Shown one piece after another: positions 27,797-38,017 of a stretch of 64,000 nucleotides of DNA. Every line of letters begins with the position of its first letter. Within the stretch, counting starts at the first letter, position 1. The notes under the pieces were generated by a model. It saw only the letters and a program-made list of their open reading frames with translations, did no database searches and was not told where the DNA came from. Location: contig OZ255721.1 of NCBI GenBank assembly GCA_965277285.1, positions 3,296,001 to 3,360,000 of the forward strand, read 5' to 3'. Source of the stretch: Abditibacteriaceae bacterium. Its GTDB lineage: Bacteria > Armatimonadota > Abditibacteriia > Abditibacteriales > Abditibacteriaceae. Position numbers and translations under genes: made by a program.

Positions 27797-29350
27797 CTAC
27801 TTGGAAGCCTTGCGAGTACTCGATTTACGGCGCGTCGCTTTTTCCAGGATTTCAACGGGATGTTTGATTGCGACAGCGACGCCGAACTTCCGTGCGCCCA
27901 ACATCAATTGCAGCATACAACCCGGGTTTCCCGTGATGACAACTTTCGCACCGGTATTTTCGATGTGCTTCATTTTGCGCTCGAGAAGTTGCATCGCCAT
28001 TTGTGGCTGCGTGATGTTGTAGATTCCGGCACTGCCGCAACACATTTCGCTTTCTTCAAGCGGCACGAGTGTTTCGCCGCATAGGTTCATCAAGTCGCGC
28101 GGCTGAACGCGAATGCCTTGTCCGTGCGCCAGATGACAGGCGTCGTGGTAAGTGGCTTGAGAGTTTTGAGCTTTGAGTTTTGAGTTTTTAATTGAAGCAT
28201 CAGCCGTTGTGCTTTCAACGTCTTGCGCTTGTTCTAAATTGGCGTCATCTTTAGGCATTTCGCCGTTGTGAATCGTGCTGGCGCCAATCGTGTTGGGCAA
28301 CGTTTCGCGCGCGATGTCGTTAGTTGGCGCGTTAGTTTTCGACAATCGAGTACTCGAATCTGTCAATTGTGCCAAACGAGATTTGAAAGGTTCTTGCGCC
28401 AAAAATTCGGAAACATCTTTGACTTTGGCGGCGAAACGTTCGGCGCGACTTCGCCATTGTGCGTCGCCGTGAAACCAGTGGCCGTATTCTTTGAGCGAAG
28501 CGCCACAACCCGCCGCGTTGATGATAATCGCGTCCAAGGCGCCGCTTTGTTGTTCAACTTCTTCAAAGGCTTCGATGTTGCGTTTGGCGAACTCTTTGGC
28601 CTGCAGCATTCCGCCGGTATGCGCGTGCAAAGCGCCGCAGCAGCCTTGAGTTTTCGGCGCTTCGACGGTGCAACCGGCGCGGCTGAGAACTTTCGCGGTC
28701 GCAATGTTCACATCCAATAACATGACGGGCATCACGCAGCCGGTAATCATGCCGACGCGCGCTTGAGGTTCGCCTTGCGCTTTCCATTGGTCGGGAAACG
28801 CCAAACGTTTGGAAGTTGGCGAAAGTTTGGGCAGCATCCATTCCAAGTCGCCGATGTATCCCAAATTTTTCATCGCGCCGATTTTGTGCAGCAAGGGAAT
28901 AATTCCCAAACGTCGCCCGATTTTGACCGGCATTAGCGCCAAATCCAAGCGGTCGGGATGCGGAAAAATCGCTTCGATAATGCGTCCCAACGTGCGTTGT
29001 TTCCAGGGCTGCGGATATTCTTCGCGCAAATAAGCGCGCGCGCCTTCGATCAAGCCGCCGTATTGCACGCCGGACGGACACGCGGTTTCGCAGGCGCGGC
29101 AACCCAAACACGAATCGAGATGCTTGACCAGTTCCGGCGTCGGCTGCGCATGGCCTTCTTTGAGCGCGCGCATCAGGTAAATGCGACCGCGCGGCGAATC
29201 GGCTTCCAAACCTTCTTCGGCGTAAGTTGGGCATTGTGACAAGCACAAACCACAATGAATACAATCCATCAAGCGGTCGTGATCGAGCCACGCCAAACCA
29301 TTTTTTTCGGTGAAGATTTCGTCGAGAACGGGCAGGGCAGTGGAAGACAT
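27797..29350 (-). CDS. glcF: Glycolate oxidase iron-sulfur subunit (GlcF family)
   Basis: CIHCGLCLSQCP, SPRGRI, CLGCRACETACPSGV, two CCG domains and YHDACHL; start set to ATG 29350. Confidence 0.85.
   Translation of the reverse strand: MSSTALPVLDEIFTEKNGLAWLDHDRLMDCIHCGLCLSQCPTYAEEGLEADSPRGRIYLMRALKEGHAQPTPELVKHLDSCLGCRACETACPSGVQYGGLIEGARAYLREEYPQPWKQRTLGRIIEAIFPHPDRLDLALMPVKIGRRLGIIPLLHKIGAMKNLGYIGDLEWMLPKLSPTSKRLAFPDQWKAQGEPQARVGMITGCVMPVMLLDVNIATAKVLSRAGCTVEAPKTQGCCGALHAHTGGMLQAKEFAKRNIEAFEEVEQQSGALDAIIINAAGCGASLKEYGHWFHGDAQWRSRAERFAAKVKDVSEFLAQEPFKSRLAQLTDSSTRLSKTNAPTNDIARETLPNTIGASTIHNGEMPKDDANLEQAQDVESTTADASIKNSKLKAQNSQATYHDACHLAHGQGIRVQPRDLMNLCGETLVPLEESEMCCGSAGIYNITQPQMAMQLLERKMKHIENTGAKVVITGNPGCMLQLMLGARKFGVAVAIKHPVEILEKATRRKSSTRKASK
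28161..28188. repeat. Heptamer tandem repeat (GAGYTTT x4) inside the glcF insertion
   Basis: gagtttt gagcttt gagtttt gagtttt. Confidence 0.7.
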
Positions 29351-29448
29351 ATCGAGTACTCGAAAGCGAAGAGAAGCGCGAAAAGTGTAGCAGAACGCCA
29401 AACGTTCTATAATTGCGCAAAGCATTTCATCATAAAACTGTTGAAAAT

Positions 29449-29561
29449 AGAACACGGAGGCTTCGCCTGCACGGATCGAACGGATAAACACGGATTTCTG
29501 GTTTAATTTCGATCCGTGTCCATCCGTGCTGTTATCCGTGTGAGCGAAGCTCCCGTGTCCT
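29449..29561. repeat. Palindromic element, family D
   Basis: agaacacggaggcttcgc...cacggat...atccgtg...gcgaagctcccgtgtcct. Confidence 0.8.
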
Positions 29562-29591
29562 ATTTCGGTCAACCTGCAAGGATTGTTATTT

Positions 29592-30797
29592 ATGAATTCT
29601 CGTGCGATTCGTTTGGCGGTTGTTGTGGCGGCGTTGGGTTATTTTGTCGATATTTACGATCTGCTGTTGTTCAGCATCGTGCGCATTCCCAGCTTGAAAG
29701 ACTTGGGCGTTGATGCAGCTCAAGCCAAGAACATCGGCATTCATTTGTTGAATGTGCAAATGTTCGGAATGCTGATTGGCGGCATTTTGTGGGGCATTTT
29801 GGGCGATAAAAAAGGGCGCTCGTCGGTGTTGCTCGGCTCGATTGTATTGTATTCCATCGCCAATATCTTGAACGGTTTCGTGCATTCGGTCGAACAATAC
29901 GAGATTTTACGCTTCATTTCGGGCGTCGGTTTAGCGGGCGAACTGGGCGCAGGTATTACGCTTGTCAGCGAAATTATGGGCAAGAACGAGCGCGGTTATG
30001 GAACGATGATCGTCGCCGCAGTTGGCGTGACGGGCGCGGTTTTCGCCGCTTTGGTTGCGCAGCATTTTCAGTGGCGCACCGCGTATTTCATCGGCGGCGG
30101 TTTGGGTTTGTCGCTGCTTGCACTGCGCATTGGAGTACTCGAATCGCATTTGTTCGAGGAACTGGAAAGCCACATTCCGCGTGGTAATCTGGCGCAATTG
30201 TTTTCCTCGCGCGAATCAATCGTGAAATATCTGAGTTGCATTTTGGTCGGTTTGCCGATCTGGTTTGTCATCGGCATTCTGGTGACATTGGCGCCCGAAT
30301 TAAGCAAAGCGCTGGGCATTCAAGGCGTCACGGCAGGCAGCGCGGTTTTGTTTTCGTATGCGGGTTTGGCGGTCGGCGATTTTGGCAGCGGATTTCTATC
30401 GCAAAAATTGGGCAGCCGCCGCAAAGTTATCGGTGCGTTTTTGTTCGCCACAGAGGTTCTTATCGGCGTTTACTCGCGCAGTTTTAATTTGAGCGCGTCG
30501 CAATTTTATGGTTTGTGTTTCGCGCTGGGTTGCTCGATTGGTTATTGGGCGCTTTTCGTGACCAATGGCGCCGAGCAATTTGGCACCAACATTCGCGCAA
30601 CGGTGGCGACAACGGTTCCCAACTTCGTGCGCGGCGCCGTGCCTTTGATGACAACTGCGTTCACCTTCGCGCAAAAACCCTTGGGAATGCTGAACGGCGC
30701 GCTCGTCGTCGGTTGGATTACAATCGCCATTGCCGCCGTTGCGCTGCTGAGTTTGAAAGAGACCTACGGCAAAGATTTGGACTACGTTGAGGTGTGA
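29592..30797 (+). CDS. MFS transporter
   Basis: GYFVDIYD, GILGDKKGR (motif A), GLAGELG and EQFGTNIRAT; about 12 TM segments. Confidence 0.9.
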   Translation: MNSRAIRLAVVVAALGYFVDIYDLLLFSIVRIPSLKDLGVDAAQAKNIGIHLLNVQMFGMLIGGILWGILGDKKGRSSVLLGSIVLYSIANILNGFVHSVEQYEILRFISGVGLAGELGAGITLVSEIMGKNERGYGTMIVAAVGVTGAVFAALVAQHFQWRTAYFIGGGLGLSLLALRIGVLESHLFEELESHIPRGNLAQLFSSRESIVKYLSCILVGLPIWFVIGILVTLAPELSKALGIQGVTAGSAVLFSYAGLAVGDFGSGFLSQKLGSRRKVIGAFLFATEVLIGVYSRSFNLSASQFYGLCFALGCSIGYWALFVTNGAEQFGTNIRATVATTVPNFVRGAVPLMTTAFTFAQKPLGMLNGALVVGWITIAIAAVALLSLKETYGKDLDYVEV

Positions 30798-30806
30798 GGA
30801 AAAGCG

Positions 30807-31055
30807 ATGAACAACGAAGCAAGCGACAATATCGAGTACTCGAACGATCTTTCGTTAGATGGCGAAACGACGTATCGTTGCGAGTTCTGCGGCGAAGAAA
30901 ATGAAGCGTCGTTCGACCGCAGTGCCTTCGCTTATGCGCGTCGCCAGCAGTTCACCGAAGATTGCGCCGTGTGTTGCCGCCCGAATTTGCTGACAATTGA
31001 AATCGACCGCGACGGCTTTGTTTCGCTCGATGTGCAACGCGAATACGACGCATAA
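30807..31055 (+). CDS. CPXCG-motif cysteine-rich small protein
   Basis: CEFCGE...QQFTEDCAVCCRP. Confidence 0.75.
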   Translation: MNNEASDNIEYSNDLSLDGETTYRCEFCGEENEASFDRSAFAYARRQQFTEDCAVCCRPNLLTIEIDRDGFVSLDVQREYDA

Positions 31056-31071
31056 TCGACTGGTTAAAAGC

Positions 31072-31479
31072 TCAGGCAAAAAGGCGACGCTGTGACTCTT
31101 CGATGGAAATATCGTTGATGCTGGCCTCACGGCGACGCATCAAACCTTCGTCGTCAAATTCCCATTGTTCGTTGCCATAACTGCGGAACCATTGGCCTGT
31201 CGCGTCATGCCACTCGTATTCAAAGCGGACTGAAATGCGGTTGTCGGCGAAACACCACAACTCTTTTTGCAAACGATAATCAAGCTCTTTGTCCCACTTG
31301 CGCCGCAAAAAGTCTTTGATCGCGTCGCGTCCCTGGAAGAACTCATCTCGGTTGCGCCACCACGAATCTTCGCTGTAAGCCAACGCCACACGTTCTGGGT
31401 CGCGCGAGTTCCACGCGTCTTGCGCCATCTGTACTTTAAGGCGCGCGGTCTCTGCCGTAAAAGGTGGTTTAAGTTGCAT
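31072..31479 (-). CDS. DUF1348 / SnoaL-like (NTF2 fold) protein
   Basis: [38 protein letters not shown] and RREASIND. Confidence 0.9.
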   Translation of the reverse strand: MQLKPPFTAETARLKVQMAQDAWNSRDPERVALAYSEDSWWRNRDEFFQGRDAIKDFLRRKWDKELDYRLQKELWCFADNRISVRFEYEWHDATGQWFRSYGNEQWEFDDEGLMRRREASINDISIEESQRRLFA

Positions 31480-31508
31480 GATCGTCCTTGCGCAATCGAG
31501 TACTCGAT

Positions 31509-31928
31509 TTACATCAAGCCCAGTTGCAGGCGCGCGGCGTCGCTCATCATATACATGTTGTAAGGCGGATCCCACACGAGTTCGACGATGACGTTGTTGA
31601 CGCCAGGAACTTGCGCGACTTTTTGTTGCACTTCGCCCGGCAAAGTTCCCGCGACGGGACACGCTGGACTGGTCAATGTCATGCGCAAAATGACGTTGTT
31701 TTCTTCGTCAATTAGCAGTTCGTAAATCAAGCCCAGTTCGTAAATGTTGACCGGAATTTCGGGATCGTAAATCGTTTCAATTTGCTCGATGATTTGCTGA
31801 CGCAGCAATTGTTCGCCGATGCTGCTCGATTCGGTAATGTCGTGCGCCGGATCGTTTCCCGTACTCGATTGTGCGACTTCTTCCAAAACGTCTTGCGGAT
31901 TGCCGCCCAAATTGATAATGTCCGCCAT
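31509..31928 (-). CDS. DUF59 Fe-S cluster assembly protein (SufT-like)
   Basis: [26 protein letters not shown] and VWDPP. Confidence 0.9.
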   Translation of the reverse strand: MADIINLGGNPQDVLEEVAQSSTGNDPAHDITESSSIGEQLLRQQIIEQIETIYDPEIPVNIYELGLIYELLIDEENNVILRMTLTSPACPVAGTLPGEVQQKVAQVPGVNNVIVELVWDPPYNMYMMSDAARLQLGLM

Positions 31929-31951
31929 AATGTTGTCCTTCACGAATTCAC

Positions 31952-32386
31952 CTACTGAATGGAAGTTTGAACCTGCTGCGCCGCGATTGTCTTGATTTTC
32001 TTGACCATGCCGAACAAACCATTGCGGCGGCTCATGCTGAGATGTTGGTTCAAACCCAAACGCTCCAAAAACGCTTCGATGTCGAAACCTAAAACATCGC
32101 GCGCGCTTTGACCTTCATAAACCTTGCGCAAAACCGCGATCAAGCCTTTCACAAGTGTCGAATCGCTGTCCGCGATAAAGGTAATTGTGTCGTCGTCTTT
32201 CGCTTGAGCGACCAGCCAAACCTGACTTTGACAACCATGAACGCGGTTTGCTTCAGTGCGCGCCTCGTCTGGCAACGGCGGCAATTTGCGCCCCAGGTCG
32301 ATGAGAAAACGATAACGATCTTCCCACGAATCGAACATCTCGAACGCTTCGACCAAAGCGTCCGCATTTTCCTGTTGAGTAGACAT
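31952..32386 (-). CDS. sufE: Sulfur acceptor SufE
   Basis: WEDRYRFLIDLG, VHGCQSQVW, ADSD and LSMSRRNGL. Confidence 0.92.
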   Translation of the reverse strand: MSTQQENADALVEAFEMFDSWEDRYRFLIDLGRKLPPLPDEARTEANRVHGCQSQVWLVAQAKDDDTITFIADSDSTLVKGLIAVLRKVYEGQSARDVLGFDIEAFLERLGLNQHLSMSRRNGLFGMVKKIKTIAAQQVQTSIQ

Positions 32387-32396
32387 ATCTTTTGTA

Positions 32397-32486
32397 AACC
32401 GCCAAGACGCCAAGAACGCCAAGATTCAAAAAGAGAGTTTATTAAGTACTCTGTTCCCCCCTGGCGTTCTTGGCGTCTTGGCGGTT
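32397..32486. repeat. Family C-related palindrome with 25-bp inverted repeats
   Basis: aaccgccaagacgccaagaacgcca pairs with 32462-32486; the loop holds a degenerate aagtactc. Confidence 0.8.
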
Positions 32487-32489
32487 ACT

Positions 32490-33797
32490 TCAACTAAACA
32501 ATTCAATGGCTTTGCGCAGCGAGCGAATGAAAACATCGATTTCGTCGCGCGTGTTGTAAAGAGCGAAACTCGCGCGGCACGTTCCGGGAATGCCAAAGCG
32601 TGTCATCAGCGGCATCGTGCAATGATGTCCCGTGCGCACCGCGATGCCATCTTCATTTAAAGCCGCGCCCAAATCGTGCGGATGAACGGTCTCGTGCATC
32701 AGCGACAAAATACTCGCTTTGTGCGGCGCTGTCCCAATAATGCGCAGACCCGCGATTTCGTTGACTTGCGCCGTTGCATGTTCCAGCAAATCGTGCTCGT
32801 GGCGCGCGATGTTGTCCATTCCCAAACCGACAACGTAATCCAACGCCGTCGCCAGACCAAGGGCTCCCGCGATGTGCGGCGTTCCCGCCTCGAACTTGAA
32901 CGGCAATTCGTTCCACGTCGAACCCTCAAACGAAACCGTTGCAATCATATCGCCGCCACCTTGATACGGCGGCATCGCGTTCAGCAACTTTTCTTTGCCA
33001 TATAAAACGCCAATTCCGGTTGGGCCGTAAACCTTGTGTCCCGAAAATACGTAAAAATCGGCGTCCAATTCTTGCACATTCGGGCGCAGATGTGGCGCTG
33101 CCTGTGCGCCATCAACTAAAGCAACCGCGCCAACTTCGTGCGCGCGGAAAATCATTTCTTTAACCGGATTAATCGTGCCCAGCGTATTGGAAATATATGT
33201 GAACGCCGCAATTTTAACGCGACCGCTTTGCAGCAATTTCGAGTACTCGATAATGTCCAATTCGCCATTATCGAAGATCGGGACGACTTTGAGTTTCGCG
33301 CCGGTTTGCTCACAAACCAGTTGCCACGGAACGATGTTGGCGTGATGCTCCATCGCCGTAATAAGAACTTCATCGCCGTCTTTCAAGTTGGCACGTCCCC
33401 AACTCGAAGCCACCAGATTAATGCTTTCGGTTCCACCGCGCGTGAAAATAATCTCGTGCGCGTGTTCGGCTCCAACGTAATCACGAACCGTGGCGCGCGC
33501 TTTTTCATATTCAAACGTCGCGCGCTGACTCAACGTATGAACGCCGCGATGAATGTTGGCGTTTTCGTGCGAATAATATTCGACCAAACGGTCAATCACG
33601 ATTTGCGGCTTCTGCGCAGTCGCGCCATTATCGAGATAAATCAGCGGCTTGCCGTCGATCGTTTCGCGCAAAACCGGAAAGTCTTCGCGGATAGTTTCGA
33701 CATCGAAAATCGGCGCGGCAACGTCCGGCAAATCGCTTTCAATGATTTCCGGTTCTTGCGTGCGCTCTTCTTCGAGTTCAGTTTGAAGTGTTGTCAT
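32490..33797 (-). CDS. sufS: Cysteine desulfurase SufS
   Basis: YLDNGATAQKP, NIHRG, EHHAN, DGAQ, SGHK and RTGHHC. Confidence 0.96.
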   Translation of the reverse strand: MTTLQTELEEERTQEPEIIESDLPDVAAPIFDVETIREDFPVLRETIDGKPLIYLDNGATAQKPQIVIDRLVEYYSHENANIHRGVHTLSQRATFEYEKARATVRDYVGAEHAHEIIFTRGGTESINLVASSWGRANLKDGDEVLITAMEHHANIVPWQLVCEQTGAKLKVVPIFDNGELDIIEYSKLLQSGRVKIAAFTYISNTLGTINPVKEMIFRAHEVGAVALVDGAQAAPHLRPNVQELDADFYVFSGHKVYGPTGIGVLYGKEKLLNAMPPYQGGGDMIATVSFEGSTWNELPFKFEAGTPHIAGALGLATALDYVVGLGMDNIARHEHDLLEHATAQVNEIAGLRIIGTAPHKASILSLMHETVHPHDLGAALNEDGIAVRTGHHCTMPLMTRFGIPGTCRASFALYNTRDEIDVFIRSLRKAIELFS

Positions 33798-33807
33798 AAA
33801 ACTTCTC

Positions 33808-33835
33808 GTACGGGCGAGGCATGCCTCGCCCGTAC
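33808..33835. repeat. 28-bp perfect palindrome, family E (GTAC-ended variant)
   Basis: gtacgggcgaggcatgcctcgcccgtac. Confidence 0.85.
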
Positions 33836-33850
33836 ATTGTTGGCTCGATG

Positions 33851-34069
33851 TTACTGGTTCTCAACGAAGTTTGCAGAGAACAGTTGGATATTGCCACACG
33901 ATTGACATGAACGCGCTGGAATCTTCTTCAACATCAAACCAGCGAATTTCTGTTTGGAAGAGCCATCGTCAGCAGCAACAAACTGCAGGCTTTGGGGAAA
34001 CACACTTCCCCAAGAATACGAAGTTTTTCCGCAAATCGGACAAGGCAATTGTTCTTGAACTGTTAACAT
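33851..34069 (-). CDS. Small zinc-ribbon-like protein between sufD and sufS
   Basis: CPICG...CQSCG; ATG 1 nt after a palindrome copy; AT-richer than flanks. Confidence 0.6.
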   Translation of the reverse strand: MLTVQEQLPCPICGKTSYSWGSVFPQSLQFVAADDGSSKQKFAGLMLKKIPARSCQSCGNIQLFSANFVENQ

Positions 34070-34083
34070 ATCGAGTACTCGAA

Positions 34084-35439
34084 TTACGCTGCGACCGCGC
34101 TTTCATCGACGCCAATGCGTTCGAGTTGGTGCAAGAGTTTCGCTTCCATAAAGGTGCGCACCGGCTCTTCTTCGATGCCGTTGATGACATCGTTGGCAAA
34201 AGCGTAAATCAACAAATTGCGCGCTGTGGTTTCGCTCAAGCCGCGCGAACGCAGGTAAAACAACGCTTCTTCGTCCAACTGACCGATGGTGCAGCCGTGC
34301 GTGCATTTCACATCGTCCGCCAAAATCTCCAACTGCGGTTTGGTGTTGATCATCGCGTCGCCGCTGAGCAGCAAGTTGCGATTGGTTTGCTTGGCATCGG
34401 TTTTCTGCGCATCGCGGCGCACGAAAATCTTGCCGTTGAAAACGCCGCGCGAACTGCCGCCCAAAACGCCCGCGTAAATTTCATACGAGTTGCAATTGGG
34501 CTGCGCGTGATCCATCGCCGTATGGTTATCGACGTGCTGATTTCCACCGACGACATACAAGCCGTTCAACGTGCATTCGATGCCGCTGCCGCCCATCACC
34601 GCATGATTGTTGTTGCGCACCAAGCGTCCGCCCATATCGATGTTGTGCGACGCGAAATGACAATCGCGCTCTTGCTGCACTTGCAAAGTTGAAATGTGAA
34701 ACGCGTCTGTGCTCTCCAACTGCAACTTGACATGATCGACGTTCGCGTTTTTTCCGGCCACGACTTCGGTCACCGTGTTGGTGAAATAACCGCCTTCGCC
34801 CGCGTAATGCTCGATGATTTGCACGCGGCTTTCGGCGCCGATGATGAACAGGTTTCGAGTACTCGAAAGTGGCGTTTGGTCTTCGCCAACACCGATGAAC
34901 AACAAATGAATCGGCTGCTCTATATGAACGTTTTGCGGAATGTGCAAAAAGGTGCCGTCCTGCATCAACGCCGTATTCAGTTGGGTAAACGGGCTGTCCT
35001 GCGTGCTCGCCGCGTAACGTCCCAAGTGTTCCTGCACCAGTTCGTTGTCGGAATCAATCGCATTCGCCATATTCGTCAGCGTGACGCCTTGCGGCAATTC
35101 TTCGATGCGCGATTGCGACGCGTCAAAAATCCCGTTCACGAAAACTAAGCGATGACCTTCGAGATTGGGAATGCTGTAAGTTTCGGCGTCAACTGCGATT
35201 CGAGTACTCGATTGGTCGCTTTGCGATTGATGAACATTCAGTTCGGCAATCGAGCGCACATCGGTGAACTTCCATTCTTCGTTTTTCGAGGTCGGAAAAC
35301 CTTGCGCGCGAAAACTTTCCATTGCCGCGCCACGCAACGTTTGCAACCACGATTTGCTTTCGTTCACATCTTGTAAGAGCGCGGCGAAACGTTCGACGGC
35401 AGCCGATTTTTCAGGCGCTAAAGTGACTTGCTTGTCCAT
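34084..35439 (-). CDS. sufD: Fe-S cluster assembly protein SufD
   Basis: EEWKFT, GVFNGKIFVRRDAQKT, KPQLEILADDVKCTHG and FYLRSRG. Confidence 0.95.
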   Translation of the reverse strand: MDKQVTLAPEKSAAVERFAALLQDVNESKSWLQTLRGAAMESFRAQGFPTSKNEEWKFTDVRSIAELNVHQSQSDQSSTRIAVDAETYSIPNLEGHRLVFVNGIFDASQSRIEELPQGVTLTNMANAIDSDNELVQEHLGRYAASTQDSPFTQLNTALMQDGTFLHIPQNVHIEQPIHLLFIGVGEDQTPLSSTRNLFIIGAESRVQIIEHYAGEGGYFTNTVTEVVAGKNANVDHVKLQLESTDAFHISTLQVQQERDCHFASHNIDMGGRLVRNNNHAVMGGSGIECTLNGLYVVGGNQHVDNHTAMDHAQPNCNSYEIYAGVLGGSSRGVFNGKIFVRRDAQKTDAKQTNRNLLLSGDAMINTKPQLEILADDVKCTHGCTIGQLDEEALFYLRSRGLSETTARNLLIYAFANDVINGIEEEPVRTFMEAKLLHQLERIGVDESAVAA

Positions 35440-36245
35440 CACAGTTTGGCTCCTACGCGTGCGCTTCCATTGGCCGAAATGCCGTTTTGCGGCGCGCCGA
35501 ACTCTTGAATAACCCAGTCGTAGCCTTTGGCTTCCAGTTCGTGCGCCAACTCTTTGCCGCCGCTTTTCACGATGCGACCGTTATACAAAACGTGCACGAA
35601 ATCCGGCACGATGTAATCGAGCAAGCGCTGATAATGCGTCACGATGATGAACGAACGCGTGCCGTCGCGCAACGCATTGACGCCATTCGCCACGATCTTC
35701 AAGGCGTCGATGTCCAAGCCGGAATCGGTTTCGTCCAAGATCGCCAACTTCGGCTCCAAAAGCGCCATCTGGAAAACTTCCGAACGCTTCTTTTCACCGC
35801 CGCTGAAGCCCGAATTGACCGGACGATTGAGCAAATCCTGCTTGATTTCGACGATGCCCATTTTCTTCTTGACCAACTGCAAAAACTCCATCGCGTCGAG
35901 TTCTTCCTCGCCACGACTTTTGCGCACCGAGTTGAGGGCAGCTTTGAGAAAATAAGTGTTGTTGACGCCCGGAATCTCGACTGGATACTGGAACGCCATG
36001 AAGATTCCGGCGCAGGCGCGCTCGTCCGGCGAAAGTTCGAGCAAATCTTCGTCGTTGTAACGCACTTCGCCGCCTGTCACTTCATATTCTTCGCGCCCCG
36101 CTAACACTTGCGCCAGCGTGCTTTTGCCGGAACCGTTCGGCCCCATAATCGCGTGAACTTCGCCCGCGCCAACGCTCAAATTGATGCCGTTGAGAATCGG
36201 CTTTTCGCCCACGCGTGCTTGTAAATCTTTAATTTCGAGAAGCAT
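35439..36245 (-). CDS. sufC: Fe-S cluster assembly ATPase SufC
   Basis: HAIMGPNGSGKST, FQYPVEIPGV, FSGGEKKR and LDETDSGLD; start set to ATG 36245. Confidence 0.96.
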   Translation of the reverse strand: MLLEIKDLQARVGEKPILNGINLSVGAGEVHAIMGPNGSGKSTLAQVLAGREEYEVTGGEVRYNDEDLLELSPDERACAGIFMAFQYPVEIPGVNNTYFLKAALNSVRKSRGEEELDAMEFLQLVKKKMGIVEIKQDLLNRPVNSGFSGGEKKRSEVFQMALLEPKLAILDETDSGLDIDALKIVANGVNALRDGTRSFIIVTHYQRLLDYIVPDFVHVLYNGRIVKSGGKELAHELEAKGYDWVIQEFGAPQNGISANGSARVGAKL

Positions 36246-36270
36246 TGTTTTCGTTTTCCTGAGGTGTTCA

Positions 36271-36296
36271 TACGGGCGAGGCATGCCTCGCCCGTA
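36271..36296. repeat. Perfect palindrome, family E
   Basis: tacgggcgaggcatgcctcgcccgta; same core as 33808. Confidence 0.85.
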
Positions 36297-36323
36297 CATC
36301 GTATCGAGTACTCGATCTTATCT

Positions 36324-37835
36324 TTAACCGACGCTGCCTTCCAGGCTAATTCCCAGTAGCTTTTGCGCTTCGACGGCGAATTCCATCGGCAATTCGCGGA
36401 AGACTTCTTTGCAAAAACCGTTGACGATCATCGAAACCGCGTCTTCGGTCGAAATGCCGCGCTGATTGCAATAGAAAATCTGGTCTTCGCCAACCTTTGA
36501 AGTCGAAGCCTCGTGCTCGATTTGCGCCGTTGGGTTGCGCACTTGAATATACGGAAACGTGTGTGCGCCGCACTTATCGCCGATCAAAAGCGAATCGCAT
36601 TGCGAGAAGTTGCGCGCGCCGTCCGCGCCTTTCAAAACGCTGACCAAACCGCGATACGAGTTATCGGAAACGCCAGCCGAAATGCCTTTCGAGACAATCG
36701 TGCTGCGCGTATTTTTGCCGATGTGAATCATCTTGGTGCCGGTGTCGGCCTGCTGATGATTGTTGGTCACGGCGACCGAATAAAACTCGCCGACGCTGTT
36801 GTCGCCTTGCAGCAAAACGCCCGGATATTTCCAGGTGATGGCGCTGCCGGTTTCGACTTGCGTCCACGAAATCTTCGAGTTTTTGCCCGCACATTTGCCT
36901 CGCTTGGTCACGAAGTTGTAAATGCCGCCTTTACCGTCTTTGTCACCCGGATACCAGTTTTGCACGGTCGAATATTTCACCGTCGCGTCGTCCATCGCCA
37001 CGATCTCGACAACCGCCGCGTGCAACTGATTGGTATCGAAACGCGGCGCCGTGCAACCTTCGAGATAGCTCACATAAGCGCCATCTTCGGCGACGATCAG
37101 CGTGCGTTCAAACTGTCCGCTGTCCTGCGTGTTGATGCGGAAATAAGTCGACAATTCCATCGGACAGCGCACGCCTTTGGGAATGTAGCAGAACGAGCCA
37201 TCCGAGAAAACCGCGCTGTTCAAGGCCGCGAAAAAGTTGTCGGTGTGCGGCACAACGCTGCCCAGATATTGGCGCACCAGTTCGGGATGTTCGCGCACCG
37301 CGTCGCTGAACGAGCCGAAGATAATACCCAGACTCGCCAGATGTTTCTTGAACGTCGTCGCTACCGAAACGCTATCGAAAACCGCGTCAACGGCGACCTG
37401 CGGCAAAGTATCCTCTTTCGAGTACTCGATTCCTTCGCCATCGGCACTGGTGCCATCGTCCACGCCCGTCAAACGCTTTTGCTCTTGCAGCGAAATGCCC
37501 AGCTTGTTGAAGGTTTCCAGCAGTTGCGGATCGACTTCATCCAGCGAAGACAACTTCGGTTTCGCTTTGGGCGCGGCGTAGTAAATGATGTCCTGATAGT
37601 CGATGAACGGATATTTGGCGTTGAGCCAGTGCGGTTCGGTCAAGGTCTGCCAGTGACGAAACGCCTTCAAGCGCCAGTCGAGCAACCATTGCGGTTCGCC
37701 TTTCTTTTCGGAGATGAGACGAACGGTTTCTTCGTTCAAGCCGCGCGCGAAGTTGTCGCTTTCGATGTCGGTTTGAAAGCCGTATTTGTATTCTTGTGTG
37801 GCGAGAAGTTCGATGTCCTGTGTTTCAGTACTCAT
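36324..37835 (-). CDS. sufB: Fe-S cluster assembly protein SufB
   Basis: [46 protein letters not shown] and LEGSVG; start set to ATG 37835. Confidence 0.96.
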   Translation of the reverse strand: MSTETQDIELLATQEYKYGFQTDIESDNFARGLNEETVRLISEKKGEPQWLLDWRLKAFRHWQTLTEPHWLNAKYPFIDYQDIIYYAAPKAKPKLSSLDEVDPQLLETFNKLGISLQEQKRLTGVDDGTSADGEGIEYSKEDTLPQVAVDAVFDSVSVATTFKKHLASLGIIFGSFSDAVREHPELVRQYLGSVVPHTDNFFAALNSAVFSDGSFCYIPKGVRCPMELSTYFRINTQDSGQFERTLIVAEDGAYVSYLEGCTAPRFDTNQLHAAVVEIVAMDDATVKYSTVQNWYPGDKDGKGGIYNFVTKRGKCAGKNSKISWTQVETGSAITWKYPGVLLQGDNSVGEFYSVAVTNNHQQADTGTKMIHIGKNTRSTIVSKGISAGVSDNSYRGLVSVLKGADGARNFSQCDSLLIGDKCGAHTFPYIQVRNPTAQIEHEASTSKVGEDQIFYCNQRGISTEDAVSMIVNGFCKEVFRELPMEFAVEAQKLLGISLEGSVG

Positions 37836-38017
37836 AGTTAATTCCAATTCCGATAGTTTACACGGATTTGATTTTCGGACGCGTCGAAACCGGCGCGGTT
37901 GCCTGATGTTGCAACTGCGCCAGTCGGGTTTCTGATGGAAGACTGCGACGTGGGATTTGTCGCCATCTTGAGGAATGAATTGTAACGCAAATGTCGGGGC
38001 GAAGAAAAGCGGCTTTA

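Noticed and set aside
29351..29572. N-terminal extension of GlcF in the ORF track
   Set aside because: Runs through a family D repeat and the 12-mer; ATG 29350 fits better. Similar over-long starts were trimmed for sufC, ruvA and the L,D-transpeptidase
36513..37841. 442-aa plus-strand ORF
   Set aside because: Antisense shadow of sufB
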